Shown: positions 20,819-32,701, counted from the first letter of the stretch. The stretch: DNA of 64,000 nucleotides from an uncultured Actinomycetota bacterium (GCA_963770565.1 CAVYQE010000010.1:93826-157825), one strand, 5' to 3'. The notes: generated by a model not told the origin, from the sequence alone. Made by a program: numbers and translations.

Positions 20819-22021
20819 ATGACCGAACGCGTAGTCCTTGCCTACTCCGGTGGGCTCGATACCTCGGTGGCGATCGGCTGGATCGCCGCCGAGACGGGCG
20901 CCGAGGTCGTCGCCGTGGCCGCCGACGTCGGGCAGGGCGGTGAAGACCTCGAGGTGATCCGGGAGCGCGCGCTCGCCTGCGGTGCCGTCGAGGCGGTCGT
21001 GGTGGACGCGAGGTCGGAGTTCGCCGACGACTTTTGCCTGCCCGCACTTCGTGCGAACGCGCTGTACATGAACCGCTACCCGCTGGTGTCTGCATTGTCG
21101 CGGCCGGTCATCGTCAAGCACCTGGTCGCCGCGGCCCGGCGGTACGGCGCATCCGTCGTCGCCCACGGCTGCACCGGCAAGGGCAACGACCAGGTGCGGT
21201 TCGAGGTCGGCGTCGGCGCGCTCGCTCCGGAACTCTCGGTCATCGCGCCGGTTCGCGACTCGGGCATGACCCGCGACAAGGCGATCGCCTTCGCCGAGGA
21301 GCGCGGTCTCCCGATCGACGTCACGAAGAAGTCGCCGTACTCGATCGACCAGAACGTGTGGGGCCGTGCGGTCGAGACCGGCTTCCTGGAAGACGTGTGG
21401 AACGCACCGATCGAGGACGTCTACTCCTACACCGAGGATCCGGCCGTCGGGCGGGCGCCCGACGAAGTGCTGGTGACCTTCACCGACGGCGCACCGACCG
21501 CGCTCGACGGCCGGCCGGTGACCATGCTCGAGGCGATCCAGGAGATGAACCGCCGGGCCGGCGCGCACGGCATCGGCCGGCTCGACATGGTCGAGGACCG
21601 CCTGGTCGGCATCAAGAGTCGCGAGGTCTACGAAGCGCCTGGGGCGATCGCGCTGATCGAGGCGCACCGCCACCTCGAGGACCTGACTCTGGAGAAGGAC
21701 GCCGCCCGGTTCAAGCGGCCAATCGAGCAGCGCTGGGCAGAGCTGGCGTACGACGGCTTGTGGTTCTCACCGCTCAAGCGGGCGCTGGATGCCTTCATCG
21801 ACGAGACGTCGCGCAACGTCTCGGGCGACATCCGGATGACCCTGCAGGGCGGCCGCGCGGTCGTGACCGGCCGGCGCAGCGAGGCATCGCTCTACGACTA
21901 CAACCTGGCGACGTATGACGCCGAGGACACCTTCGACCAGCGGCTGGCCAAAGGTTTCGTCGAGCTGTGGGGGATGCCGAGCCGGATCGCCGCGCAGCGA
22001 GACTCGCGAATGGGGAGCTGA
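20819..22021 (+). CDS. argG: argininosuccinate synthase
   Basis: Contains the [27 protein letters not shown] and [10 protein letters not shown] motifs. Confidence 0.93.
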   Translation: MTERVVLAYSGGLDTSVAIGWIAAETGAEVVAVAADVGQGGEDLEVIRERALACGAVEAVVVDARSEFADDFCLPALRANALYMNRYPLVSALSRPVIVKHLVAAARRYGASVVAHGCTGKGNDQVRFEVGVGALAPELSVIAPVRDSGMTRDKAIAFAEERGLPIDVTKKSPYSIDQNVWGRAVETGFLEDVWNAPIEDVYSYTEDPAVGRAPDEVLVTFTDGAPTALDGRPVTMLEAIQEMNRRAGAHGIGRLDMVEDRLVGIKSREVYEAPGAIALIEAHRHLEDLTLEKDAARFKRPIEQRWAELAYDGLWFSPLKRALDAFIDETSRNVSGDIRMTLQGGRAVVTGRRSEASLYDYNLATYDAEDTFDQRLAKGFVELWGMPSRIAAQRDSRMGS

Positions 22022-23439
22022 TGCCCGACCCGACACCGCCGACCCGGCTGTGGGGCGGGCGGTTCTCCGGCGGTCCGGCCGAGGCGGTCGCGCGACTGTC
22101 GATGAGCGTCCAGTTCGACTGGCGGCTCGCCCCGTACGACCTGCTCGCCTCGCGGGCGCACGCCCGGGTGTTGCACGCGGCAGGCCTGCTCGACGACGCG
22201 GAGCTGAGCCGGTTGCTGGCCGCGCTCGACGACCTGGACGCGGATGCCCGAGCCGGCCGGTTCCGGCCGGATGCCGACGACGAGGACGTCCACACCGCAT
22301 TGGAGCGCGGCTTACTGGAGCGGGTGGGCGCGCTCGGCGGCAAGCTTCGCGCCGGCCGCAGCCGCAACGACCAAGTCGCCACCGACCTCCGGCTGTACCT
22401 GCGCGATCACGTGCGCCAGATCGTGGCCCGGCTGGCCGAGCTCGAGGTCGCACTGGTGGAGCAGGCCGAGCGAATCATCGACGTACCGTCGCCCGGTCTC
22501 ACGCATATGCAGCACGCTCAGCCGGTGCTGTTCGCGCACCAGTTGCTCGCGCATGTGCATCCGCTGACCCGCGACGTCTCCCGGCTGGTCGACTGGGACC
22601 ACCGCGCCGCGGTCAGCCCGCTCGGTGCCGGCGCGCTCGCGGGGTCGTCGCTTCCGCTCGACCCGGCCGCGGTCGCTGCGGAGCTCGGCTTCGACGCCGC
22701 GTTCGCCAACTCGATCGACGCGGTCAGCGATCGCGACTTCGCTGCGGAGTTTCTGTTCTGCGCGGCGCTGATCGGCGTGCATCTGTCCCGCCTCGGCGAG
22801 GAGGTGGTGCTCTGGGCGACGACCGAGTTCCACTGGGTCGAGCTGGACGATGCGTTCAGCACCGGCTCGTCGATCATGCCGCAGAAGAAGAACCCCGACG
22901 TCGCCGAGCTCGCCCGTGGCAAGGCGGGTCGGCTGATCGGCGACCTGACCGCGTTGCTGGTCGTGCTGAAGGGGCTGCCACTCGCCTACGACCGCGACCT
23001 GCAGGAGGACAAGGAGCCGGTCTTCGACGCGGTCGACAGCCTGCTGCTGGTGCTGCCTGCAGTCACCGGGATGATCGCCACCATGGCGATCGACACCGAG
23101 CGGCTCGCCTCGACCGCGGCCGGCGGGTTCGCCCTGGCTACCGACCTGGCCGAGCAGTTGGTCCGCCGCGGCGTTCCATTCCGGGAGGCGCACGAGGCGG
23201 TGGGTGCGCTCGTCGCGTGGTGCGTGGAGCAGGGCTGCGACTTCAACGACGTCTCCGACTCGGACCTGGCCACGATCAGCCCACACCTGACCCCGGACCT
23301 GCGCGAGGTGCTGTCGGTATCCGGTGCGCTGGCGGCTCGGTCCGCACCGGGCGGCACGGCCCCCGAGCGGGTCCGGGAGCAGCTCGACCAGCTCGCCGAC
23401 GTCCTCACGGCGCACCACAGCTGGGCCAGCCACGGTTGA
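22021..23439 (+). CDS. argH: argininosuccinate lyase
   Basis: ATG 22021 overlaps the last base of the argG TGA. Contains [10 protein letters not shown] and the fumarate-lyase signature [12 protein letters not shown]. Confidence 0.92.
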   Translation: MPDPTPPTRLWGGRFSGGPAEAVARLSMSVQFDWRLAPYDLLASRAHARVLHAAGLLDDAELSRLLAALDDLDADARAGRFRPDADDEDVHTALERGLLERVGALGGKLRAGRSRNDQVATDLRLYLRDHVRQIVARLAELEVALVEQAERIIDVPSPGLTHMQHAQPVLFAHQLLAHVHPLTRDVSRLVDWDHRAAVSPLGAGALAGSSLPLDPAAVAAELGFDAAFANSIDAVSDRDFAAEFLFCAALIGVHLSRLGEEVVLWATTEFHWVELDDAFSTGSSIMPQKKNPDVAELARGKAGRLIGDLTALLVVLKGLPLAYDRDLQEDKEPVFDAVDSLLLVLPAVTGMIATMAIDTERLASTAAGGFALATDLAEQLVRRGVPFREAHEAVGALVAWCVEQGCDFNDVSDSDLATISPHLTPDLREVLSVSGALAARSAPGGTAPERVREQLDQLADVLTAHHSWASHG

Positions 23440-23446
23440 GCCGCAG

Positions 23447-24112
23447 GTGACCCGCGGACCGACCGGTGCGAAGCCCGGTGTCCCGCTACCGGCCGGCTTT
23501 TACGACCGCCCGGTGCTTGACGTCGCTCGTGACCTGCTCGGCACCGTCATCGACCATGACGGAGTGCAGGTGCGGCTTACCGAAGTCGAGGCCTACGACG
23601 GCGCGAACGACCCGGCTTCGCACGCCTACCGCGGCGAGACCCCGCGCAACGCGGTGATGTTCGGCCCACCTGGCCACGCGTACGTCTACTTCACCTACGG
23701 CATGCACTTCTGCGTCAACCTGGTATGCGGCCCGCCCGGGATCGCGGCGGCGGTCCTGCTCCGGGCCGGCGAGGTGGTTGCCGGCGCCGATCGGGCCGCG
23801 TCGCGGCGCGGGGGCTCCACCGCGCGTGACCTGGCGCGGGGTCCGGCCCGGCTCTGCCAGGCGCTCGAGGTCGACCGTGGGCTCGATGGCGCGGACGTCA
23901 CCGACCCGGAGTCGCCGTTGCGGCTCCTGGCCGGCTCGCCCGCGCGTGAGGCACTCGTCCGCCGGGGCCCGCGGGTCGGGATCTCGAAGGCGGCGGAATG
24001 GCCGTGGCGGCTCTGGATCGACGGCGAGCCGACTGTTTCGGCGTACCGGCCATATGTTGCGCGCCGCAGAAATCAGCCGGGTGCCCGGGTCGGGGTAGGG
24101 GAGGATGCCTGA
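23447..24112 (+). CDS. mpg: DNA-3-methyladenine glycosylase (AAG/Mpg family)
   Basis: Contains [20 protein letters not shown] ... DPASHAYRG ... [24 protein letters not shown] 23447 is the first in-frame start after the argH stop. Confidence 0.85.
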   Translation: MTRGPTGAKPGVPLPAGFYDRPVLDVARDLLGTVIDHDGVQVRLTEVEAYDGANDPASHAYRGETPRNAVMFGPPGHAYVYFTYGMHFCVNLVCGPPGIAAAVLLRAGEVVAGADRAASRRGGSTARDLARGPARLCQALEVDRGLDGADVTDPESPLRLLAGSPAREALVRRGPRVGISKAAEWPWRLWIDGEPTVSAYRPYVARRRNQPGARVGVGEDA

Positions 24113-25387
24113 GTGACCGCCGACATCATCGACGAGCTCGAATGGCGCGGCCTGCTGGCTCAGACGACCGACCTCGACGCCCTGCGCAAGGATCTTGATG
24201 CCGGACCGGTCACCCTGTACGCCGGCTTCGACCCGACCGGAGACAGCCTGCACGCCGGCAATCTGATGCCGATGTTGACCCTGCGTCGGTTTCAGCTCTT
24301 CGGCCACCGGCCGATCGTGCTGGCCGGCGGCGCGACCGGGTTGATCGGCGACCCGTCCGGGCGGGAGTCGGAGCGCGCGCTCGCGGACCGCGACGAGATC
24401 GCGGCCAGAGTCGAGCGACTCCGCCCCCAGCTGGAGCGGTTCGTCGACCTCTCGGCCGGTTTGCTGGTCAACAACCTCGACTGGACCGCGTCGCTGTCCG
24501 CGATCGACTTCCTGCGCGAGGTCGGCAAGCACTTCTCGGTGAACGTGATGCTCGGCAAGGAGTCGATCGCGGCCCGGCTCGGCGGCGAGGGCCTGTCTTA
24601 CACCGAGTTCAGCTACGCGTTGCTGCAGTCCTATGACTACCTCCGGCTCTATCGCGACCATGGCTGCCGGCTCCAGATCGGGGCGACCGACCAGTGGGGC
24701 AACATCACCGCCGGTCTCGACTTCATCCGCCGCAGTGGTGAGCGCGAGCCGGCGCACGCGCTGACGGTGCCGCTGGTCACCGACTCCTCGGGGCGCAAGT
24801 TCGGCAAGTCCACCGGGGGCGGCAGCCTCTGGCTCGACCCGGCGATGACCTCGCCGTACTCGTTCTTCCAGTACTGGATCAATGTCGAGGATGCGGACGT
24901 CGGCCGCTACCTGCGGTTCTTCACGTTTCTCGGCCGCGAGGAGATCGAGGCGCTCGAGCGCGAGACCGTGGAGCGGCCGGCGGCCAGATCGGCCGCGCGG
25001 CGGCTCGCGGCCGAGCTCACCACGCTGGTGCATGGCGCGAAGGAGACCGAGGCCGTCATCGTGGCGAGCGCGGCGCTGTTTGGACGCGGCGAGCTGCACG
25101 ACCTCGAGCCGGCCACGCTGCGCAGCGCGCTCGAAGAGGCCGGCCTGCACCCGGTCGACGCGCTGACAGCGACCATCGTCGACCTTCTCGAGGCCAGTGG
25201 CCTGTGCGCGAGTAGGTCCGAAGCGCGCCGAACCGTCAGCGAGGGTGGCGCATACCTGAACAATGAGCGCGTCACCGACGCCGAGTTCGTGCCGGGAGAG
25301 TCAGACCTGCTGCCCGGTGGTCTGATGGTGCTCCGCCGCGGCAGGCGACAGCTCGTCGGGATCGAGCTCGGCGCCAGGCAGGCCTAG
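24113..25387 (+). CDS. tyrS: tyrosine--tRNA ligase
   Basis: Has the class I HIGH-type motif (DSLHAGNL), the KFGKS (KMSKS) motif and a C-terminal S4-like domain. Confidence 0.93.
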   Translation: MTADIIDELEWRGLLAQTTDLDALRKDLDAGPVTLYAGFDPTGDSLHAGNLMPMLTLRRFQLFGHRPIVLAGGATGLIGDPSGRESERALADRDEIAARVERLRPQLERFVDLSAGLLVNNLDWTASLSAIDFLREVGKHFSVNVMLGKESIAARLGGEGLSYTEFSYALLQSYDYLRLYRDHGCRLQIGATDQWGNITAGLDFIRRSGEREPAHALTVPLVTDSSGRKFGKSTGGGSLWLDPAMTSPYSFFQYWINVEDADVGRYLRFFTFLGREEIEALERETVERPAARSAARRLAAELTTLVHGAKETEAVIVASAALFGRGELHDLEPATLRSALEEAGLHPVDALTATIVDLLEASGLCASRSEARRTVSEGGAYLNNERVTDAEFVPGESDLLPGGLMVLRRGRRQLVGIELGARQA

Positions 25388-25463
25388 CCGATAGCATTGC
25401 GGCAGGCGGGCGGATCGTGCGGAAACCGTGCGGCCGCCACGCTCGATCCCCGCTCGGTGGTCT

Positions 25464-25492
25464 TTGACACCGGGTGGTGCCTGACATAGCGT
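25464..25492 (+). promoter_or_regulatory. candidate rrn promoter (-35 TTGACA, 17-nt spacer, -10 TAGCGT)
   Basis: TTGACA at 25464-25469 and TAGCGT at 25487-25492, about 275 nt upstream of the 16S 5' end. This is the first strong sigma-A-like match after tyrS. Confidence 0.5.
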
Positions 25493-25765
25493 GGCTCGGT
25501 TGCCCCGAGACGGGTCGAGAGACCCTGGCCGGTGCGCATCCGTCCCTTGAGAACTCAACAGCGTGCCAAAAGTCAGTGCCAAACGTCCGGTTTGGGCCGC
25601 TTCGGCGACCCCAAAACGGGCAAAAATTGGCGATGACAGACGAACAGCTAGTTTGTAAGTCTGAGCAACGTCAGGTGAATACGGTTCACCAGAACCGTAC
25701 TTTTCAATGTGTCGATGAACCGACGCCGTCCTCTTCGGAGCCGGCGACGGATTATCTGTAGACAT

Positions 25766-27289
<1,524 letters not shown>

Positions 27290-27644
27290 AGCTCTTGGCG
27301 TAGGCGATCACAGTCGGCCACTCGGCCGGCTCGACCTGCGTCCAGCTCACGGGTGGAACACTGACTATTCGATCGTCGCGTCGCGACGTCCCTAGTACTG
27401 CCTGCTTGCAGGTAAGGGACGGGTCGTCAAGCGCGGAAATCGGGCACGCTGTTGGGTCCTGAGGGGACGGACCTGCGGATCTCGCAGGATCGCCCGCTCA
27501 GCCCGCAGGCAAACGCCGGCCGGCGCTGACCGGACGGCGTTTCCGCACGGGAGGACCGATCACACGTCGTACTACCCCGCACCGGGCAACCGGGACGGCG
27601 GCCGGCGACGAGTTCGTGACCGGGACCGCCCGCACCTTGAGAAC

Positions 27645-27663
27645 TGCACAGTGGACGCGAGCA
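27645..27663 (+). other. 5' arm of the 23S processing stem (partner 31536-31554)
   Basis: TGCACAGTGGACGCGAGCA (27645-27663) is complementary to TGCTTCGCGTCCACTGTGC (31536-31554) except for one extra base. The two arms flank the 23S gene as expected for an RNase III processing helix. Confidence 0.6.
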
Positions 27664-28220
27664 TCTTTTTTGTTTTGTAGTCAAGCTAATAAGGGCGCAC
27701 GGTGGATGCCTTGGCACCAGGAGCCGAAGAAGGACGTAGGAGGCTGCGATAAGCCTCGGGGAGCTGCCAACCGAGCTGTGATCCGAGGATTTCCGAATGG
27801 GGAAACCCGGCAGGAGTCATGTCCTGTCACCCTTGCCTGAACACATAGGGCAAGCGGAGGGAACGTGGGGAAGTGAAACATCTCATTACCCACTGGAAGA
27901 GAAAGCAACCGCGATTCCGAAAGTAGTGGCGAGCGAAATCGGAAGAGGCCAAACCAGTCACGTGTGATAGCCGGCAGGCGTTGCGTGGTTGGGGTAGTGG
28001 GACCACTTGGCCAGTTCTGCCGAACTGGCAAGGAGTGAGAAAGTGCGGCGTTAGCCGAAGACCGTGGGAAAGGTCGCCACAGCGGGTAAGAGCCCCGTAG
28101 GCGAAAACGACCGCACCTCCTTAGTGGGATCCCAAGTAGCACGGAGCCCGTGAAATTCCGTGTGAATCTGCGGGGACCACCCCGTAAGCCTAAATACTCC
28201 CTGGTGACCGATAGCGGACA

Positions 28221-28251
<31 letters not shown>

Positions 28252-28458
28252 GGGAGGGGAGTGAAATAGTACCTGAAACCGTGTGCCTACAAGCCGTGGG
28301 AGCTCAGTCGCACCTCGTGTGCGGCCGTGACCGCGTGCCTTTTGAAGAATGAGCCTGCGAGTTAGTGGTGTGTGGCGAGGTTAACCCGTGAGGGGCAGCC
28401 GTAGCGAAAGCGAGTCCGAATAGGGCGATTCAGTCGCATGCTCTAGACCCGAAGCTGA

Positions 28459-28496
<38 letters not shown>

Positions 28497-28823
28497 CGCG
28501 TGGAGGACCGAACCCACCAGGGTTGAAAACCTGGGGGATGACCTGTGGGTAGGGGTGAAAGGCCAATCAAACTCAGTGATAGCTGGTTCTCCCCGAAATG
28601 CATTTAGGTGCAGCGTCGCGTGTTTCTTGCCGGAGGTAGAGCACTGGATGGTCTAGGGGGCCTAAAAGCTTACCGAAATCAGCCAAACTCCGAATGCCGG
28701 TAAGTGAGAGCGCGGCAGTGAGACTGCGGGGGATAAGCTCCGTAGTCGAGAGGGAAACAGCCCAGAACACCGGCTAAGGCCCCAAAGCGTGTGCTAAGTG
28801 GGAAAGGATGTGGAGTCGCACAG

Positions 28824-28885
<62 letters not shown>

Positions 28886-29822
28886 AAGTGATTCCGCGCC
28901 GACAATGTAGCGGGGCTCAAGCACACCGCCGAAGCCGTGTCATTCACGTACATGCTCGGCGCTGCCTTCGGGCGGCGTCCAGGCACGTGGATGGGTAGGG
29001 GAGCGTCGTGTGGCGCGTGAAGCAGCGGAGTGATCCAGCTGTGGACGCCACGCGAGTGAGAATGCAGGCATGAGTAGCGAAAGAAGGGTGAGAAACCCTT
29101 CCGCCGAATGACCAAGGGTTCCTGGGCCAGGCTAATCCGCCCAGGGTAAGTCGGGACCTAAGGCGAGGCCGACAGGCGTAGTCGATGGACAACGGGTTGA
29201 TATTCCCGTACCCGTGATAACACGCCCATGCCGAATCCGGTGATGCTAAGCGCATGAAGCCGGCGAGTCCTTCGGGACGAGCTGGTGGACCGCGCGAACC
29301 GAACCGGTAGTAGGCAAGCAAAGGGGTGACGCAGGAGGGCAGCTCAGCCCGGGCGTTGGTTGACCCGGGGTAAGGGTGTAGGGCGAACCGTAGGCAAATC
29401 CGCGGTTCACATGCCTGAGACCTGACGCCGAGCCGTTCAGGCGAAGTGAGTGATCCCATACTGCCGAGAAAAGCCTCTAGCGAGTGTTATTGCGGCCCGT
29501 ACCCCAAACCGACTCAGGTGGTCAGGTAGAGAATACCAAGGCGATCGGGAGAACTGTGGTTAAGGAACTCGGCAAAATGCCCCCGTAACTTCGGGAGAAG
29601 GGGGGCCGCCTGGCGTGTAGGAGCTTGCCTCCGAAGCGCTGGTCGGCCGCAGAGACCAGGCTGAAGCGACTGTTTACTAAAAACACAGGTCCGTGCGAAG
29701 TCGCAAGACGATGTATACGGACTGACGCCTGCCCGGTGCTGGAACGTTAAGGGGACGGGTTAGTCCTTCGGGGCGAAGCTCAGAACTTAAGCGCCAGTAA
29801 ACGGCGGTGGTAACTATAACCA

Positions 29823-29878
<56 letters not shown>

Positions 29879-30386
29879 CGACTTCAGCGCTGTCTCAACC
29901 ACAGGCCCGGCGAAATTGCAGTACGAGTAAAGATGCTCGTTACGCGCGGCAGGACGGAAAGACCCCGGGACCTTCACTACAGCTTGATATTGGTGGTCGG
30001 TTCGAATTGTGTAGGATAGGTGGGAGACTATGAAGCGGGCACGCCAGTGTCTGTGGAGTCAACGTTGAAATACCACTCTGTTCGTACTGGCTGTCTAACC
30101 TCGGTCCGTAATCCGGATCAGGGACAGTGTCTGGTGGGTAGTTTAACTGGGGCGGTTGCCTCCCAAAAGGTAACGGAGGCGCCCAAAGGTTCCCTCAGCC
30201 CGGTTGGCAATCGGGTGTCGAGTGCAAGTGCACAAGGGAGCTTGACTGTGAGACAGACATGTCGAGCAGGGACGAAAGTCGGGACTAGTGATCCGGCGGT
30301 GGCTTGTGGAAGCGCCGTCGCTCAACGGATAAAAGGTACCCCGGGGATAACAGGCTGATCTTGCCCAAGAGTCCATATCGACGGCA

Positions 30387-30428
<42 letters not shown>

Positions 30429-30432
30429 GAGT

Positions 30433-30469
<37 letters not shown>

Positions 30470-30503
30470 TACGCGAGCTGGGTTTAGAACGTCGCGAGAC
30501 AGT

Positions 30504-31229
30504 GGACATAACGCGCTGTCTATAAATTCGGCTAAATGCTGGAAACACCGAGTATCTCGGACTACTCGTTCTTGTCGGAGCCCCTGTCTAGGGTTCCGCT
30601 ATGAGCAGTGACAATGTCTCGAGTGCGGTCAATCAGCAGGAAAGGCTGGATCCGTACATCGCAGGGTTCGTTGATGGAGAAGGTTCGTTTCACGTTGCTG
30701 TCCAACGACATCCGACTACTCGGTTGGGTTGGCAGCTCGTGCCGGAGTTTCACGTCAGTCAGGACGTGTCACGGGCTGAGGTCCTGTACCTCATCCGGGA
30801 TCGTCTCGGCTGCGGACGGATCCGGGAGAACCATCGCGGTACACGGGACACCACACTGGTGTACGTCGTGCGCCGGCGGCATGACCTGGTGACTCGGGTC
30901 ATCCCGTTCTTCGAAACGGAGCCATTGATCAGCGGTAAGCAGCAGGAGTTTGTCACCTTCGCACGCATCGTTCGCGCGATGCAGGCGGGGGAGCATCTCG
31001 ACGCTGCTGGGTTCGCTCGACTTCGGGCATCGGCGCTCGCCATGAATGGCGGGGGGCGATACCGACGAGTGCACCGTCCAGAATCCTCAGAGACTCCACG
31101 CCGAACACCGATTGCAGCTCTGATCGGTGAAGATATAGTCCGACCTGCATGGCGACATGCAGAGCCAGGCAGAAATGACCTGGCCCCAACGCTGAGCAAT
31201 GATGATTTGGCGTTGTGGTAACACATGTG
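30504..31229 (+). mobile_element. group I intron in the 23S rRNA gene (inserted between the equivalents of E. coli U2604 and U2605)
   Basis: The 5' exon ends in T and the intron ends in G. P1 pairs exon 30497-30503 with IGS 30515-30521, giving a U.G pair at the splice site. The P element AAATGCTGGAAAC is at 30534-30546, the Q element AATCAGCAGG at 30631-30640, the R element TCAGAGACTCCA at 31087-31098, and the S element AAGATATAGTCC at 31130-31141. Helices that pair by eye are P3 (30527-32/31100-05), P4 (30537-42/30633-38), P6 (30646-51/31076-81), P7 with a bulged A, P8 (31106-12/31123-29), and P9 with a GCGA tetraloop (31145-31162). Confidence 0.88.
30601..31221 (+). CDS. single-motif LAGLIDADG homing endonuclease (I-CreI-like architecture), intron-encoded
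   Basis: The 206-aa ORF has the motif YIAGFVDGEGSF at residues 19-30, followed by an I-CreI-like beta-strand pattern (HVAVQ ... WQLVPEFHVSQ). No second LAGLIDADG motif is present. The GC content is visibly lower than in flanking genes. Confidence 0.88.
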   Translation: MSSDNVSSAVNQQERLDPYIAGFVDGEGSFHVAVQRHPTTRLGWQLVPEFHVSQDVSRAEVLYLIRDRLGCGRIRENHRGTRDTTLVYVVRRRHDLVTRVIPFFETEPLISGKQQEFVTFARIVRAMQAGEHLDAAGFARLRASALAMNGGGRYRRVHRPESSETPRRTPIAALIGEDIVRPAWRHAEPGRNDLAPTLSNDDLALW

Positions 31230-31361
31230 TCGGTCCCTATCCGCCGCGCGCGCAGGAAACTTGAGAAGGGCTGTCCCTAGTACGAGAGGACCGGGACGGA
31301 CGAACCTCTGGTGTGCCAGTTGTTCTGCCAAGAGCACTGCTGGTTGGCTACGTTCGGAAGT

Positions 31362-31392
<31 letters not shown>

Positions 31393-31612
31393 ACGCTTCA
31401 AGATGAGGTTTCCCACAGGGTTAACCTGGTAAGGCCCCCGCCAGACCAGCGGGTTGATAGGCCGGAAGTGGAAGTGCGGCAACGCATGCAGCTGACCGGT
31501 ACTAATAGGCCGAGGGCTTGACTCACAACAATCTTTGCTTCGCGTCCACTGTGCGGTTCCCGAGATGCGGTCGGCTCCTCGTTTGCGGGAGCAGGACCCA
31601 CATCTCCATAGA

Positions 31613-31733
31613 GTTTCGGCGGCACAATGGCGAAGGGGAAACGCCCGGTCCCATTCCGAACCCGGAAGCTAAGCCCTTCAGCGCCGATGGTACTGCCCTG
31701 GTGACGGGGTGGGAGAGTAGGACGCCGCCGGAC
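31613..31733 (+). rRNA. rrf: 5S ribosomal RNA
   Basis: Reads GTTTCGGCGGC ... CCCGGTCCCATTCCGAACCCGGAAGCTAAGCCC ... GGGAGAGTAGGACGCCGCCGGAC, about 120 nt. Confidence 0.95.
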
Positions 31734-31740
31734 ATCTTTC

Positions 31741-31774
31741 ACGAAAGGCCACCCAGCAATGGGTGGCCTTTCGT
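31741..31774 (+). terminator. rrn operon terminator hairpin
   Basis: A perfect 14-bp stem, ACGAAAGGCCACCC / GGGTGGCCTTTCGT, with a 6-nt loop, immediately after the 5S gene. The T-tract is weak. Confidence 0.6.
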
Positions 31775-31845
31775 CGTTGGAGACCATGTGACCCGACCCC
31801 GCCTGGTGACTGAGCGTCACCGGGCCGCGAAGACGAGGACGTGCC

Positions 31846-32688
31846 GTGCCTGAGCCGCGTGAACGCCGCTCCGACGACCCGCGTCCTGCCGTACGTCGGT
31901 CCGGGCCGCCACCGCGCTCGGGCCGTCCCGGCCGCACCGGCGGTAACGGCCAGCCTCAGGGGGTGTCACCGCGACCACGCGCCGCCGGGTCCGGAGCGTC
32001 GCCAGATCGGCCACGCCGGGTCCGTCCCGAGGAGCCACCGCTGCCGGCCGGGATCGACCCGCGCGAGCTCGACCGTGACGCGCGTGCCGGCCTGCGAAGC
32101 CTCCCGAAGGACCTCGCTGAGCGGATCGCGTTGCACCTGGTCGCCGCCGGCCATGTCATCGACGACGACCCGGCTACGGCGACGGCCCACACCAGGTACG
32201 CCCGCGGCCTGGCCCCTCGGCTCGCGGTCGTGCGGGAGGCGGCCGGGGTCGCGGCGTACCGCAACGGCGAGTTCGCCGAGGCGCTCGCGGAGCTTCGAGC
32301 CGTACGCCGGATGACCGGTGACCCCACCTACCTGCCGATCATGGCTGACTGCGAGCGAGGGCTCGGGCGTCCGGATCGCGCCCTTGCGCTCGCCGCCGAC
32401 CCCGACGTCGAGCGGCTGGCGCCGGCTGAGCGGGTCGAAATGGCCATCGTCGCGTCCGGGGCGCGCCGCGACCGCGGTGAAGCGAAGGCCGCGGTGGTGG
32501 CCCTGCAGGGCCCGGAGCTCGAGCGCGGTGATGTGGCGCCCTGGACGGCCCGGCTCTGGTACGCCTACGCGGTCGCCCTACTGGACGCCGGACGCACGGC
32601 CGAGGCCGCGCAGTGGTTTGCCTCGGTCATGGCGATCGACGAGCACGACGAGACCGACGCCGAAGAGCGGCTCGCCGCGCTGGAGTAG
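31846..32688 (+). CDS. conserved actinobacterial hypothetical protein with TPR-like C-terminal region and Arg/Pro-rich N-terminus
   Basis: Coding-like composition with helical repeats (AYRNGEFAEALAELRAVRRMTG ... YAYAVALLDAGRTAEAAQWF). Its position after tyrS/rrn resembles a mycobacterial conserved hypothetical. The start is uncertain. Confidence 0.55.
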   Translation: MPEPRERRSDDPRPAVRRSGPPPRSGRPGRTGGNGQPQGVSPRPRAAGSGASPDRPRRVRPEEPPLPAGIDPRELDRDARAGLRSLPKDLAERIALHLVAAGHVIDDDPATATAHTRYARGLAPRLAVVREAAGVAAYRNGEFAEALAELRAVRRMTGDPTYLPIMADCERGLGRPDRALALAADPDVERLAPAERVEMAIVASGARRDRGEAKAAVVALQGPELERGDVAPWTARLWYAYAVALLDAGRTAEAAQWFASVMAIDEHDETDAEERLAALE

Positions 32689-32701
32689 TCCCGGGTCGCG
32701 C

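Noticed and set aside
29225-29320. An extra segment of about 95 nt in 23S domain III relative to the E. coli sequence.
   Set aside because: This is the well-known Actinobacteria-specific helix 54 expansion, not a novel insertion. It supports the phylum assignment.
30504-31229. Alternative readings of the 23S insert: an archaeal-type bulge-helix-bulge intron, or an RNase III-excised intervening sequence (IVS) giving a fragmented 23S.
   Set aside because: The P/Q/R/S elements, the U.G pair in P1, the terminal G and the pairable P3-P9 helices all argue for a group I ribozyme. IVSs normally replace helix tips (helices 25/45) rather than splitting a PTC strand. Bacteria also lack the BHB endonuclease. 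Only RNA data can formally exclude these alternatives.
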